Source: Chitinivibrionales bacterium (GTDB lineage: Bacteria > Fibrobacterota > Chitinivibrionia > Chitinivibrionales > WJKA01). From it: a DNA stretch of 56,645 bases. Position numbers and translations under genes: made by a program. A model generated the notes under the pieces. That model ran no database searches and was not told the DNA's origin. It saw nothing but the letters and a program-made list of their open reading frames with translations. The DNA lies in NCBI GenBank assembly GCA_038247415.1, contig JBBRUX010000025.1, positions 1-56,645 on the forward strand, read 5' to 3'. Positions 1 to 8,705 of this stretch are shown piece by piece (positions within the stretch are counted from its first letter, which is position 1; every line of letters begins with the position of its first letter).

Positions 1-1
1 C

Positions 2-322
2 TCTTCTTTGAGCGGAGGAAAAAGTTTCTCGTATCTTGCCGGTCCTGTCAATGCACCGGAGTCTACCTGTGTTTGGGATGTTCCCGATTCGCTGGCCCTC
101 GGAGACACCATTCGGCTTAAAGTATTTGAGTACCAGAATAAGTCCAATAACGCAGAGGTGATGATTATTCTTGGAATACCCTCGCAACCCCCAGTCAAGA
201 AGAAGAGCGGGTGCGGAGCAGGTGTAGGACTAGCCTTATTTCCTCCTTTGGGTTTTCGCATAATGGCGCGCCGTCGGCGCAAAGTCTTTTACAAATCCAA
301 CGGACAAGACAATAAGGTATAA
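2..322 (+). CDS. 3' part of a probable surface/exported protein ending in a C-terminal anchor-like motif (KKKSGCGAGVGLALFPPLGFRIMARRRRK)
   Basis: Frame is open from the window edge. It ends in Lys-rich linker, Gly-Cys-Gly, hydrophobic stretch and Arg-rich tail, and is followed by a terminator. The 5' end lies outside the window. Confidence 0.7.
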   Translation, partial: SSLSGGKSFSYLAGPVNAPESTCVWDVPDSLALGDTIRLKVFEYQNKSNNAEVMIILGIPSQPPVKKKSGCGAGVGLALFPPLGFRIMARRRRKVFYKSNGQDNKV

Positions 323-396
323 CACAGTTTTAGCCGTAATTATTGGGCAATTTAAAATGTAGTGCGAATTTTTCATAGGTAAAAAAGTGACAGTAT

Positions 397-437
397 AAAA
401 AAAGAGTCCCTGCAGTGGATACTGCAGGGACTCTTTT
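397..437. terminator. Bidirectional intrinsic terminator between convergent genes
   Basis: Perfect 17-bp inverted repeat AAAAGAGTCCCTGCAGT-ggat-ACTGCAGGGACTCTTTT with A/T tracts on both sides, lying between the ORF ending at 322 (+) and frr (-). Confidence 0.9.
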
Positions 438-463
438 GCATCGATAAGAAAAACTACCAGAAA

Positions 464-1027
464 CTAAACTTCCATGATCTCTTTTTCTTTGACAGCCAAA
501 AGCTTATCGGTAGTTTCGATATATTTATCGGTTAACTTTTGGATATCATCAAAAAGCTTTTTGTTTTGATCTTCGGTAACTTCTTTGTCTTTTTCTGCTT
601 TTTTTAATCGGTCGTTGCTGTCACGTCGAATATTACGAACAGCAATTTTGCCCTCTTCGGCAATTTTTTTGCAGTTTTTAAATAAATCTTTACGGCGTTC
701 TTCGGAGAGCGCAGGTATTGGGATACGAATGATGTTGCCATCGTTTTGGGGATTTAATCCAAGATCCGAAGCCTTGATTGCTTTTTCTACCGGGACAAGC
801 ATGTTCTTTTCCCATGGTTGAATCATAACCATACGAGCTTCTGGTATCGAGATTGTAGCAACTTGATTAATGGGCATTAGAGACCCATAGTAGTCGACTT
901 TAATGTTGTCGAAGAGAGATGGGTTTGCTCGGCCGGTTCGAATATGCAAAAAATCACGCTTAAGAATGTCGATAGCTTTGTCCATGCGGGAAAGTGTCTC
1001 TGCATGAATAGTTTCGGCGATGCTCAT
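464..1027 (-). CDS. frr: Ribosome recycling factor
   Basis: IRTGRANP, DLGLNPQNDG and VRNIRRD motifs; follows pyrH. Confidence 0.98.
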   Translation of the reverse strand: MSIAETIHAETLSRMDKAIDILKRDFLHIRTGRANPSLFDNIKVDYYGSLMPINQVATISIPEARMVMIQPWEKNMLVPVEKAIKASDLGLNPQNDGNIIRIPIPALSEERRKDLFKNCKKIAEEGKIAVRNIRRDSNDRLKKAEKDKEVTEDQNKKLFDDIQKLTDKYIETTDKLLAVKEKEIMEV

Positions 1028-1749
1028 AGTTTTTCCTTTGCTGTAACGGTGGTTCCAACAGGAAGACCCTCAACAATGCAACGCTTTAAGTTGCCGCGTT
1101 CCATGAGTTTAAAAACAATAACGGGGATGTTTTGATCGAGGCAGAACGAAAGCGCTGTCGCATCCATAATTTTGAGGTTGCGCTTGAGCGCTTCCGAAAA
1201 TGTAAGAGTATCAAATTTGACTGCAGCAGGATTCTTGACAGGATCGCTATCGTAGATGCCATCTACCTTAGTTGCTTTAACAATTACTTCTGCGCCAATT
1301 TCAGCAGCGCGCAATGCCGCTGCGGTATCGGTAGTGAAAAAGGGATTTCCGGTTCCGCCACCAATAATAACTGCAGTTCCCTCGGAACAGACTTTTGTAG
1401 CTTCTTCGGCACTAAAAAGATCTGCAACTTTATCCATTGCAACGGCGCTATATACTTTTGTGGCAACACCTGCCTCACGAAGATATTCGGCAACGGCAAG
1501 GGAATTCATCATGGTGGCAAGCATACCTATAGAATCGCCAGCAGTGCGCGCTATAGCGCTGCTCCCGGTTGCTCCCCGATAATAGTTGCCACCGCCTACA
1601 ACAATTCCAATTCCAACGCCGGCTCTGCTCACTTCAGCAATATCTGCAGCAATCTGCCTCAAAACATTCTCATCGAGACCAAAACCAGCGTCACCGGCCA
1701 ATGCCTCTCCAGAAAGTTTCAGAAGGATTCTGCGATATGCTGGTTGCAT
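1024..1749 (-). CDS. pyrH: UMP kinase
   Basis: YRRILLKLSGEAL and GTGNPFFTTDTAAALRA motifs. Start moved to the ATG at 1749 (MQPAYRR), directly after the tsf stop. Confidence 0.97.
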   Translation of the reverse strand: MQPAYRRILLKLSGEALAGDAGFGLDENVLRQIAADIAEVSRAGVGIGIVVGGGNYYRGATGSSAIARTAGDSIGMLATMMNSLAVAEYLREAGVATKVYSAVAMDKVADLFSAEEATKVCSEGTAVIIGGGTGNPFFTTDTAAALRAAEIGAEVIVKATKVDGIYDSDPVKNPAAVKFDTLTFSEALKRNLKIMDATALSFCLDQNIPVIVFKLMERGNLKRCIVEGLPVGTTVTAKEKL

Positions 1750-1750
1750 C

Positions 1751-2632
1751 TTATGCCTCAGCTCCAAGTTCGTAGCGAATGAATGAAACAACTGAGAACG
1801 TTGCGGAAGCTTCTTTGCCTGCTTCAGCAATGCGATCGGTTACTTTCTTTTCGGTATCGCGAATAAACTTTTGTTCGATAAGGGCGTTTTCTTCGTAAAA
1901 GGCGTTGAGTTTGCCTTCGACAATTTTTTCCCAGATTTTTTCTGGCTTGCCAGAAGTTTTAACCTGGTCAAGATAAATCTCTTTTTCTTTTGCAATAACA
2001 GCTGGCGCAAAGCTTGTGCGGTCTATTGCTCCAGGATTTGCAGCAGCAATTTGCATTGCAATATCTTTACCAAGTATTGCAACGGCTTCGGATGATAGAG
2101 CTTCTGGTTTGTCTGATGCGAGCTTTACAATAACGCCAATTTTGCCATTTCCATGAACATAGGAGAATGTTTTTTCTTTGCCCTGAACTGTGTTTACAAA
2201 AACAAAACGGCGGAAGGTTATTTTTTCGCCAATTTTTCCAATGAGTTCGCTAAGGCGTTCGTCAACGGATACACCGCCAATGCGAGCATCTTTAATTGCT
2301 CCAGCAGCAGCAACATCAGCAGGTTTATGATCGACAAGGATCGTTCCAAGCACACCCAGGAATGCAAGAAAATCTTCGTTACGACCAACAAAGTCTGTTT
2401 CGCAGTTTACTTCAAAGGCAAGCCCAAAAGCATCGGTTGTGATAATGGTTACTTTGCCTTCTTTAGCAGCTTTGCCCGCACGTTTTGTTGCGGTCATTTG
2501 GCCTTGCTTGCGAAGGTCGTCGATAGCTGTTTGAATGTCGCCACCAGCTTTTTGAAGTGCTTCTTTGCAAAGCATCATGCCTAAACCTGTTTTTTCGCGC
2601 AGTTCGCTTACCATTTTAGCGGTAATTTCCAT
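1751..2632 (-). CDS. tsf: Elongation factor Ts
   Basis: ELREKTGLGMMLCKEAL and EVNCETDFV motifs; lies between rpsB and pyrH. Confidence 0.98.
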   Translation of the reverse strand: MEITAKMVSELREKTGLGMMLCKEALQKAGGDIQTAIDDLRKQGQMTATKRAGKAAKEGKVTIITTDAFGLAFEVNCETDFVGRNEDFLAFLGVLGTILVDHKPADVAAAGAIKDARIGGVSVDERLSELIGKIGEKITFRRFVFVNTVQGKEKTFSYVHGNGKIGVIVKLASDKPEALSSEAVAILGKDIAMQIAAANPGAIDRTSFAPAVIAKEKEIYLDQVKTSGKPEKIWEKIVEGKLNAFYEENALIEQKFIRDTEKKVTDRIAEAGKEASATFSVVSFIRYELGAEA

Positions 2633-2689
2633 AATTCTGCTCCTTATAAGTGTCTTAAAAAATAATTAATCGAAAGATATAAACGAGGT

Positions 2690-2718
2690 CTCTTCTGGCA
2701 CTAAAAGCGCCAGAAGAG
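2690..2718 (-). terminator. Hairpin between rpsB and tsf (attenuator or mRNA-stabilising stem)
   Basis: Inverted repeat CTCTTCTGGC...GCCAGAAGAG with no immediate U-tract. An internal hairpin at this junction is known in other bacteria. Confidence 0.6.
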
Positions 2719-2729
2719 TGAATGGGCAA

Positions 2730-3599
2730 TTATTCGTCGCTTGGGGCTTCTACCATTTTCTTGCGAACAACGCGTTTTTTGCGTGTTGCAGGAAGAGGTG
2801 TTCCGTCAGCGGCAAGTTCAACAGGAAGATCTTCGGTTTCTTCGAAGAGAGAATCATCGACAACTTCTGGCGAAGCTGTTGCAGATTTATCTTCTTTTTG
2901 AAGTTCTTCGATTTTTGTTTCGGCAGCTACCGAAAGAATAACATCTGATACTGCTTTGGCAATAAGGTGAACCGATTTGAGAGCATCATCGTTACCAGGA
3001 ATAACATAATCGATAAGTTCTGGATCGCAGTTGGTATCGACAATTGCGCCAGTTGGGATTCCAAGACGACGAGCTTCTTCTACAGCAATATGTTCTTTGA
3101 GTGTATCGACTACAAAGATAATTGTTGGAAGTTTACGGAGATGGCGAATACCAGAGAGAACAGCGAGAAGCTTTTCCTTACGCTTAAGCATAGTTTGAGC
3201 TTCTTTTTTGGTAAGACCAAGAAGTGTTCCATCGGCTTCCATAGCTTCGATTTTTTCGAGTTTGCGTACACTCTGACGGATAGTTTGGAAATTGGTAAGC
3301 ATACCACCGAGCCAACGTTCGGTCACATAGGGCATACCGCAACGGATTGCTTCTTCGCGAACACAATCTTTGATTTGCTTTTTTGTTCCAACAAAGAGGA
3401 CTTTGCCACCTTTTTGGATTTCGTCTTTAACGCGTGCGACGAATTTATCGATACCTTCAACGGTTTTGTTCAAATCGATGATGTAGATGCTGTTGCGAGG
3501 GCACAAAATGTACCGCTTCATTTTCGGATTCCACCGCTTGGTTTGGTGACCGAAATGCGCGCCAGCGTCGAGAAGTTCTTTGAGAGTTAGTGCAGACAT
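2730..3599 (-). CDS. rpsB: 30S ribosomal protein S2
   Basis: AGAHFGHQTKRWNPKM, RWLGGMLTNF and IPGNDDA motifs. Confidence 0.99.
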   Translation of the reverse strand: MSALTLKELLDAGAHFGHQTKRWNPKMKRYILCPRNSIYIIDLNKTVEGIDKFVARVKDEIQKGGKVLFVGTKKQIKDCVREEAIRCGMPYVTERWLGGMLTNFQTIRQSVRKLEKIEAMEADGTLLGLTKKEAQTMLKRKEKLLAVLSGIRHLRKLPTIIFVVDTLKEHIAVEEARRLGIPTGAIVDTNCDPELIDYVIPGNDDALKSVHLIAKAVSDVILSVAAETKIEELQKEDKSATASPEVVDDSLFEETEDLPVELAADGTPLPATRKKRVVRKKMVEAPSDE

Positions 3600-3619
3600 G
3601 AATCAATCTCCTTAAAAAT

Positions 3620-3704
3620 GGGTTGCTCCACCACGCGCCTTGTGCGCATACAGTTACCCTGCTTAAAAAACAGGGCACCCACTGTATGCTCGGCAACGTG
3701 TGCG
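3620..3704 (-). ncRNA. rpsB 5' leader (t44 / S2 autoregulatory RNA)
   Basis: Minus strand reads CGCACACG..GCATACAGT-GGGTGCCCTG..CAGGG-TAACTGTATGC..CGTGGTGGAGCAACCC. The nested stems and the GGGU/ACCC pseudoknot pair match the t44 RNA pattern, directly upstream of rpsB. Confidence 0.8.
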
Positions 3705-3721
3705 TAATGGAAATAAGTAAA

Positions 3722-4111
3722 TTAGCGTTTTGAGAACTGGTAGCGTCTCCGTGCGCCGGCAAGACCGTATTTTTTACGTTCAACAACGCGTGAGTCACGA
3801 GTAAGAAAACCGTTCTTACGAAGAAGTTTACGGTAGTCTTCGCTTACGGCACCAAGTGCGCGTGAAACACCAAGACGAATGGCTCCAGATTGGCCAGAAA
3901 GTCCACCACCTTCAACTTTTGCAACAATGTCGTAGGCATCTGATGCTTTGAGGAGGGCAAGGGGTTCTTCGACACCGCGTGTAAGCAGGTCGCTTTTCAG
4001 GTATTCATTAATGGGCATGCCATTGATGATGCGTTCACCTTTTCCAGGGCGAATAATAACCCTGGCGATGGCGCATTTTCTTTTACCGGTTGCTGAGTAG
4101 ACGTTTTCCAA
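3722..4111 (-). CDS. rpsI: 30S ribosomal protein S9
   Basis: ATGKRK, GGGLSGQSGAIRLG and ERKKYGL..ARRRYQFSKR motifs. Probable TTG start at 4111, 9 nt after AGGAG. Confidence 0.97.
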   Translation of the reverse strand: MENVYSATGKRKCAIARVIIRPGKGERIINGMPINEYLKSDLLTRGVEEPLALLKASDAYDIVAKVEGGGLSGQSGAIRLGVSRALGAVSEDYRKLLRKNGFLTRDSRVVERKKYGLAGARRRYQFSKR

Positions 4112-4140
4112 GCGGAACAACTCCTGTTAAATGGGACTAA

Positions 4141-4578
4141 TTACTTTTTATCAAAAGAGAGTACTTTGGGCTGCTGAGCTGCATGAGGATGCACATCGCC
4201 AGAATAGGCGAAGAGCTTCCGCATAATTGCTCGGCCTTTAACATTCTTAGAAACCATACCATGCACGGCATCGGTAATGATTTTTGAAGAATCGAGCTCA
4301 AGTTGTTTTTTGAATGGACGAAACTTGCCGCCACCTGGATAGGTTGAATGACGGAAGTATGTCTTTTGATCTGCTTTTTTGCCCGTGACTGCAACCTTGT
4401 CTGCATTGACAACGATTACATAATCGCCATGATCCTGATTAGGCGAAAATGAGGGCTTGTTCTTGCCGATGATAATTTTGGCAATTTCGGACGCAAGGCG
4501 GCCTAGAACCTGGTTAGTGGCGTCAACCACATACCACTCGCGAATGATTTCATCGGCTGTCATGACTTTTGTCTTCAT
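4141..4578 (-). CDS. rplM: 50S ribosomal protein L13
   Basis: WYVVDATNQVLGRLAS, GDYVIVVNA and HPHAAQQP motifs. Confidence 0.98.
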   Translation of the reverse strand: MKTKVMTADEIIREWYVVDATNQVLGRLASEIAKIIIGKNKPSFSPNQDHGDYVIVVNADKVAVTGKKADQKTYFRHSTYPGGGKFRPFKKQLELDSSKIITDAVHGMVSKNVKGRAIMRKLFAYSGDVHPHAAQQPKVLSFDKK

Positions 4579-4626
4579 GGTCTTTCAAACTCCTGCCTGA
4601 ATGATACGGTAAATACAGTGCGGTTG

Positions 4627-4656
4627 AAAATAGCATTTCGAAAGAGGCTATGTCAA
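4627..4656 (-). promoter_or_regulatory. Putative sigma70 promoter of the rplM operon
   Basis: Minus strand TTGACA-18 nt-TATTTT, with TGn immediately before the -10 element. Confidence 0.55.
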
Positions 4657-4698
4657 TATATATATTAGAAAACCTAACTAACTTTTCTGGAGCACAGA

Positions 4699-5625
4699 GT
4701 GATACCAGTATATACCTGCGATAAATTTGCCGACTTACAAAAACTCTGCGAACACAAACATACTAATAAAAATACCATTAGCGTGGTTATTCCTGCAAGG
4801 AATGAAGCACAAACAATAGGTTCTATAATAGAATCTATTCGCACAGAGCTTATCGAGAAACATCCGCTCGTCGATGAAATCGTGGTTATTGATGGCGAAT
4901 CGGTCGATGCTACAATTTCGGTCGCCAAAGCCGCTGGAGCAACTGTGTTTCGTGGGAGCGAAATCCGCTTACCGGTTTTTGCCCCGCCAGGCAAAGGAAG
5001 CGCGCTGTATAAATCTCTTTCGGTATGTAGCGGAACACACCTTGTATTTCTCGATGCCGACATTAAAAATTTTACGCCTCGGTTTGTATATGGGCTTGTT
5101 GGTCCATTGCTCTGCGATCCAGCTCTCGATTTTGTGAAAGCGTGCTACAGCAGGCCACTGGAAATTGATGGGCTAAAAATACCCGCAGGGGGAGGAAGAG
5201 TTACTGAGATAATGGTTCGTCCACTTATTTCGCTTTTTACTCCGGAGCTCTCTTCTTTTTTACAGCCGTTGTCGGGGGAGTATGCAATTCGCCGCTCGGT
5301 TGCAATCGATCTTCCATTTTCGAGCGGCTATGGTGTAGAATTAGGTTTGCTGCTCGATTTGTTCAAGCAAAAAGGTTTGGATGGTTGTGCTCAGGTCGAT
5401 ATGGGTGAAAGAGTTCATCGCAATCGGCCCCTCGAAGATCTCAGCAGAATGTCTCATGGTATAATGGCAACTTTTATTAGAAGATTGCGCGCAGACGGTA
5501 GATTGCCCGATTGGGTAGGTACTTGTTTACAGGCGAGTATTTTACATAATGGTGCATTGGTAATCGAGCCTATTACCGATGTAGATTTGCCGCCCCATCG
5601 GACGTTGCAGAGTTGTAAAGAATAA
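4699..5625 (+). CDS. gpgS: Glucosyl-3-phosphoglycerate synthase (GT-A fold)
   Basis: ISVVIPARNE, GKGSAL, FLDAD, GGGRVTEIMVRPL, QPLSGEYA, GYGVELGLL and RVHRNRPL motifs typical of GpgS. Confidence 0.85.
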   Translation: MIPVYTCDKFADLQKLCEHKHTNKNTISVVIPARNEAQTIGSIIESIRTELIEKHPLVDEIVVIDGESVDATISVAKAAGATVFRGSEIRLPVFAPPGKGSALYKSLSVCSGTHLVFLDADIKNFTPRFVYGLVGPLLCDPALDFVKACYSRPLEIDGLKIPAGGGRVTEIMVRPLISLFTPELSSFLQPLSGEYAIRRSVAIDLPFSSGYGVELGLLLDLFKQKGLDGCAQVDMGERVHRNRPLEDLSRMSHGIMATFIRRLRADGRLPDWVGTCLQASILHNGALVIEPITDVDLPPHRTLQSCKE

Positions 5626-5656
5626 TAGGTGCTCTACTTTTAAGGATAGGTTATAT

Positions 5657-5878
5657 ATGTCAGGACTTTCTATCGAACTGATTCTTGCCCTCGTGGCAAT
5701 AGTAGCGGCAGTTCTTGTCGTGATTAAAACTATCCAGATGCCAGATGCGTATAGGAAGAATCATGCTCGACGCACCGAATTGCGCAAAAAGGTTATTGAT
5801 GCAAATGTACCCGTGACCATACTTGCGCCCAAGCATGAAGCTTTGTTGTCGAAGAATAAAAAAAAGGATAAGAAATAG
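5657..5878 (+). CDS. Small single-pass membrane protein
   Basis: 73 aa with an N-terminal hydrophobic helix and basic tail; AGGA/AGG upstream; fills the gap between flanking genes. Confidence 0.6.
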   Translation: MSGLSIELILALVAIVAAVLVVIKTIQMPDAYRKNHARRTELRKKVIDANVPVTILAPKHEALLSKNKKKDKK

Positions 5879-5886
5879 TTCGTTTG

Positions 5887-6747
5887 TTACACCAGCGACA
5901 GGAGTGCTTGAGCTTTGTCAATTTCTTCATCGATGGCATCTAATAGGGCGGATAGCGAGACCGAAGGAAATCCGAGCTGAGTCCAGGTTTGTTCATTCAT
6001 GGTTGGTATTCCATAATCCCCGCCAAACCCATGGTCGAGTGCCCGTATAAAAATATCTGCGCTATGAATTATACCAGCTGTTGCAGAATATTCACGTGAT
6101 GCAGTAGGGTTATGGTGGTAGCGTACAACATCTTGCAAGTTTCTGGGTAAATTCCATCGTTCTGCAACAGTGCTGCCAATTTCCTGATGGGTAATACCAA
6201 ATAATTCTTGTTCGGCTTCTATAAAGAGGCATTTTTTTTCGGCAACTCGTGTTATTACAGCGCCGAATTCCTGTGGCAAATATTGACACATGATAATTTT
6301 CCCCATATCATGAATGAGCCCACCAATAAAGCATTCCTCTTTGTCGGAGTGGCCAACATGTCGGGCAATCGCTTGTGCTGCTGCTCCGCATGCTATAGAG
6401 TGTACCCAGAATTTTTCCATGTCGAAACCTGTAAACGAGCCACCCTTTTTTTTGTAAAAATCAAATATCGAGGCAGTCAGTACGATATTTTTAACCGTAG
6501 AGAATCCTAAAATTACAATGGCATGGGTAATGGTAGAAATTTTTCCGGGGAATCCATAAAATGCCGAATTGACTAATTTGAGCACCTTAGATGCAATAGC
6601 CTGGTCGGTAGTTATAACCTTGCCCACTTCCTCGGCAGAGGTTTGTGGGTTTTGCAAGAGCCGGGTAATTTTTTCGATAACTGTTGGCAGTGTAGGAATT
6701 GTTGTTACACTATCCAGCAGTCGTTGCATCAGAACGGGATTTTGCAC
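5887..6747 (-). CDS. HDOD domain signalling protein
   Basis: IPTLP, DQAIASKVLKLVNSAFYG, FWVHS, GGLIHDMGK and ERWNLP..VRYHHNP motifs. Confidence 0.93.
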   Translation of the reverse strand: MQNPVLMQRLLDSVTTIPTLPTVIEKITRLLQNPQTSAEEVGKVITTDQAIASKVLKLVNSAFYGFPGKISTITHAIVILGFSTVKNIVLTASIFDFYKKKGGSFTGFDMEKFWVHSIACGAAAQAIARHVGHSDKEECFIGGLIHDMGKIIMCQYLPQEFGAVITRVAEKKCLFIEAEQELFGITHQEIGSTVAERWNLPRNLQDVVRYHHNPTASREYSATAGIIHSADIFIRALDHGFGGDYGIPTMNEQTWTQLGFPSVSLSALLDAIDEEIDKAQALLSLV

Positions 6748-6749
6748 GG

Positions 6750-7070
6750 TTATGCCGCCCCTTCTGAAGTTTTATGCTGATATACCGCAGTAAATATTTG
6801 TTTCATGATAGAGCTTTGCAGTCTGGTACCAAATTTTTGTTCGAGGTGTTCGCGAACTTCTTGTGGAGAAACTTTAGTTTCGTTTTTTTGTTCGGGGCTA
6901 TCATCTTCGCCCTCTATAAAAACGCAGGCAATTTCCCAGTTTTTGAGTCTTCGGCCTAAAAAGCTATTGAGCGCTAAGCCTTTAGAAAGCAATACATTAC
7001 CACTTTTGCCATGCACTTCTTTGGCGAGAACCATTCCATCGGTGATGTGATCTACAGGAATTTTTTTCAT
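6750..7070 (-). CDS. Small protein resembling the N-terminal module of HD-GYP proteins
   Basis: MKKIPVDHITDGMVLAKEV..GNVLLSKG pattern. Start set at ATG 7070; the stop is 2 nt from the HDOD gene start. Confidence 0.7.
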   Translation of the reverse strand: MKKIPVDHITDGMVLAKEVHGKSGNVLLSKGLALNSFLGRRLKNWEIACVFIEGEDDSPEQKNETKVSPQEVREHLEQKFGTRLQSSIMKQIFTAVYQHKTSEGAA

Positions 7071-7245
7071 ACAATGTACCTTTATGCAGATAGTATTCTT
7101 GATAGTATAATGGAGAAAATGAAAAGGCAACCTTTTTTGAAAATTTCGCAGTACCGAAACTGTTTTAAGAGGCCGTTAATGAAGTAGGTATAACTACCGA
7201 GTTTTTATCTTGTTCAGGCAAAGGCGCGTGGCAGAAAATGGGTTA

Positions 7246-8085
7246 TTATCGTAATGCTTTATCGAGAAACAAGGCCAGAAGCCCCCCAGTCATCTCACAT
7301 TTTATGCATCGGGAAAGAAATGCTGCGCTGTTTGAAATGTCGTTTCTTAAAGCGCTCACATACCATATCATATGGAGGGGTACTACTATACTACAGCATA
7401 TAATAAGGTAGAGCAGTCCCATCTGGCCGCGAAAATAAGGCATTCCTACTAAGGCCAAAAAGGTAACGGTAATGATGGTGAGTAGTAGATGGATAGTCTT
7501 TTTGGAGAGTGCTGCAGTGGTTTTTATCCCTGCTGCCTTATCGCCTTCTTTATCTTGAATATCTTTAATAATTTCGCGCGATAGATTTTGCAGAAATGCC
7601 AAGCTTGCCGGAATAATGATCACATCTATGCGGCTGCCGGTCAGACTTCCGTAGACAAGAGGAAATGCAACAAGAACACTTACCAGAATGTTGCCCGCAA
7701 GGGGAGTCGATTTTAAAAAGAGGGCATATATAAGGAGCAAAACCAAGGGCACCGCGGTAGCAACCCCATGTGTTCTAGAAACGCACAATCCGGCACATAA
7801 GCTTCCAAGTGCTAAAAGAATTGCATACATGCGTGCTTCGCGAACTAAAATAGTGCCGTGGGGAATCGGCCTTGTGGGATGGCTGATACTATCGGTGTGC
7901 TTATCGAGAATATCGTTAATGACATTGCCAAATCCAACGGCTAAAAACGCAGCAAGACAAAGGTAGAGTGTGTGCACAATCGATTGTTGGGATTGGGCAA
8001 GGTATATCCCCAACACGACCGCAATCGTGGTCATGAGAGCATTGTGAGGGCGAAGGATTGTAATAAAAGCAACGAGTTTATTCAT
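7246..8085 (-). CDS. UbiA-family prenyltransferase, DGGGP-synthase-like
   Basis: LRPHN, GNVINDILDKHTD..HPTRPIP and SREIIKDIQDKEGD..GIKT motifs; multiple TM helices. Confidence 0.85.
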   Translation of the reverse strand: MNKLVAFITILRPHNALMTTIAVVLGIYLAQSQQSIVHTLYLCLAAFLAVGFGNVINDILDKHTDSISHPTRPIPHGTILVREARMYAILLALGSLCAGLCVSRTHGVATAVPLVLLLIYALFLKSTPLAGNILVSVLVAFPLVYGSLTGSRIDVIIIPASLAFLQNLSREIIKDIQDKEGDKAAGIKTTAALSKKTIHLLLTIITVTFLALVGMPYFRGQMGLLYLIICCSIVVPLHMIWYVSALRNDISNSAAFLSRCIKCEMTGGLLALFLDKALR

Positions 8086-8153
8086 AGATTTGCTACAAAG
8101 AATGTATTTTCATCTCTTAAATTACTTTGTTTCTTTCTGACAGGGAATAAACT

Positions 8154-8699
8154 ATGAAAAAAAATGATGCTTCTGTATGGGTGTATTTAGCGATTATTGC
8201 CATTGGAGGATTTGCAGCCGACTGGTATACCAAGTCTTTGGTTCTGGCGCATATATCTCCTTATAACCCGCTGCATATCATTGGCGAGTATGTGCAAATT
8301 GTGCTGGTTTTCAATAAGGCTGCTCTCTTTGGACTCGATCCTCGGCATATACTCCCTTGGTTTCCGCTTAATGCCGTTTTTAGCATAGTTGCCTTTGGAA
8401 TCATTGGCTTTTTAGTGTATTATTATTCGACAATTGATAAAAAAGACCTATTTATGCGCACTGGTATTGGCCTCATCATGGCCGGCGCACTGGGTAATGT
8501 CTATGATCGAATGTTTTTTACGCACCGCGGGGTGGTCGATTTTATTCGCGTTGGAATATCTCCACAAGTTTATTGGCCAATCTTTAATCTTGCAGATATC
8601 TTTGTTACGCTTGGAGTAGGTATCCTTCTGATTTGTTTTGTGCGCGATGAGAAAAAAAATTCTGCCGCTAAGGCTTCTCTCCCTGTTTCTCAAAAGTAA
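8154..8699 (+). CDS. lspA: Lipoprotein signal peptidase II
   Basis: D..TK, GALGNVYDR, VVDFI and WPIFNLAD motifs. Confidence 0.95.
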   Translation: MKKNDASVWVYLAIIAIGGFAADWYTKSLVLAHISPYNPLHIIGEYVQIVLVFNKAALFGLDPRHILPWFPLNAVFSIVAFGIIGFLVYYYSTIDKKDLFMRTGIGLIMAGALGNVYDRMFFTHRGVVDFIRVGISPQVYWPIFNLADIFVTLGVGILLICFVRDEKKNSAAKASLPVSQK

Positions 8700-8705
8700 G
8701 GTTGT

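Noticed and set aside
585..3798. Long antisense ORFs over frr, pyrH, tsf and rpsB (and similar ones over ilv/leu genes)
   Set aside because: They are shadows of highly conserved genes on the opposite strand, caused by codon bias.
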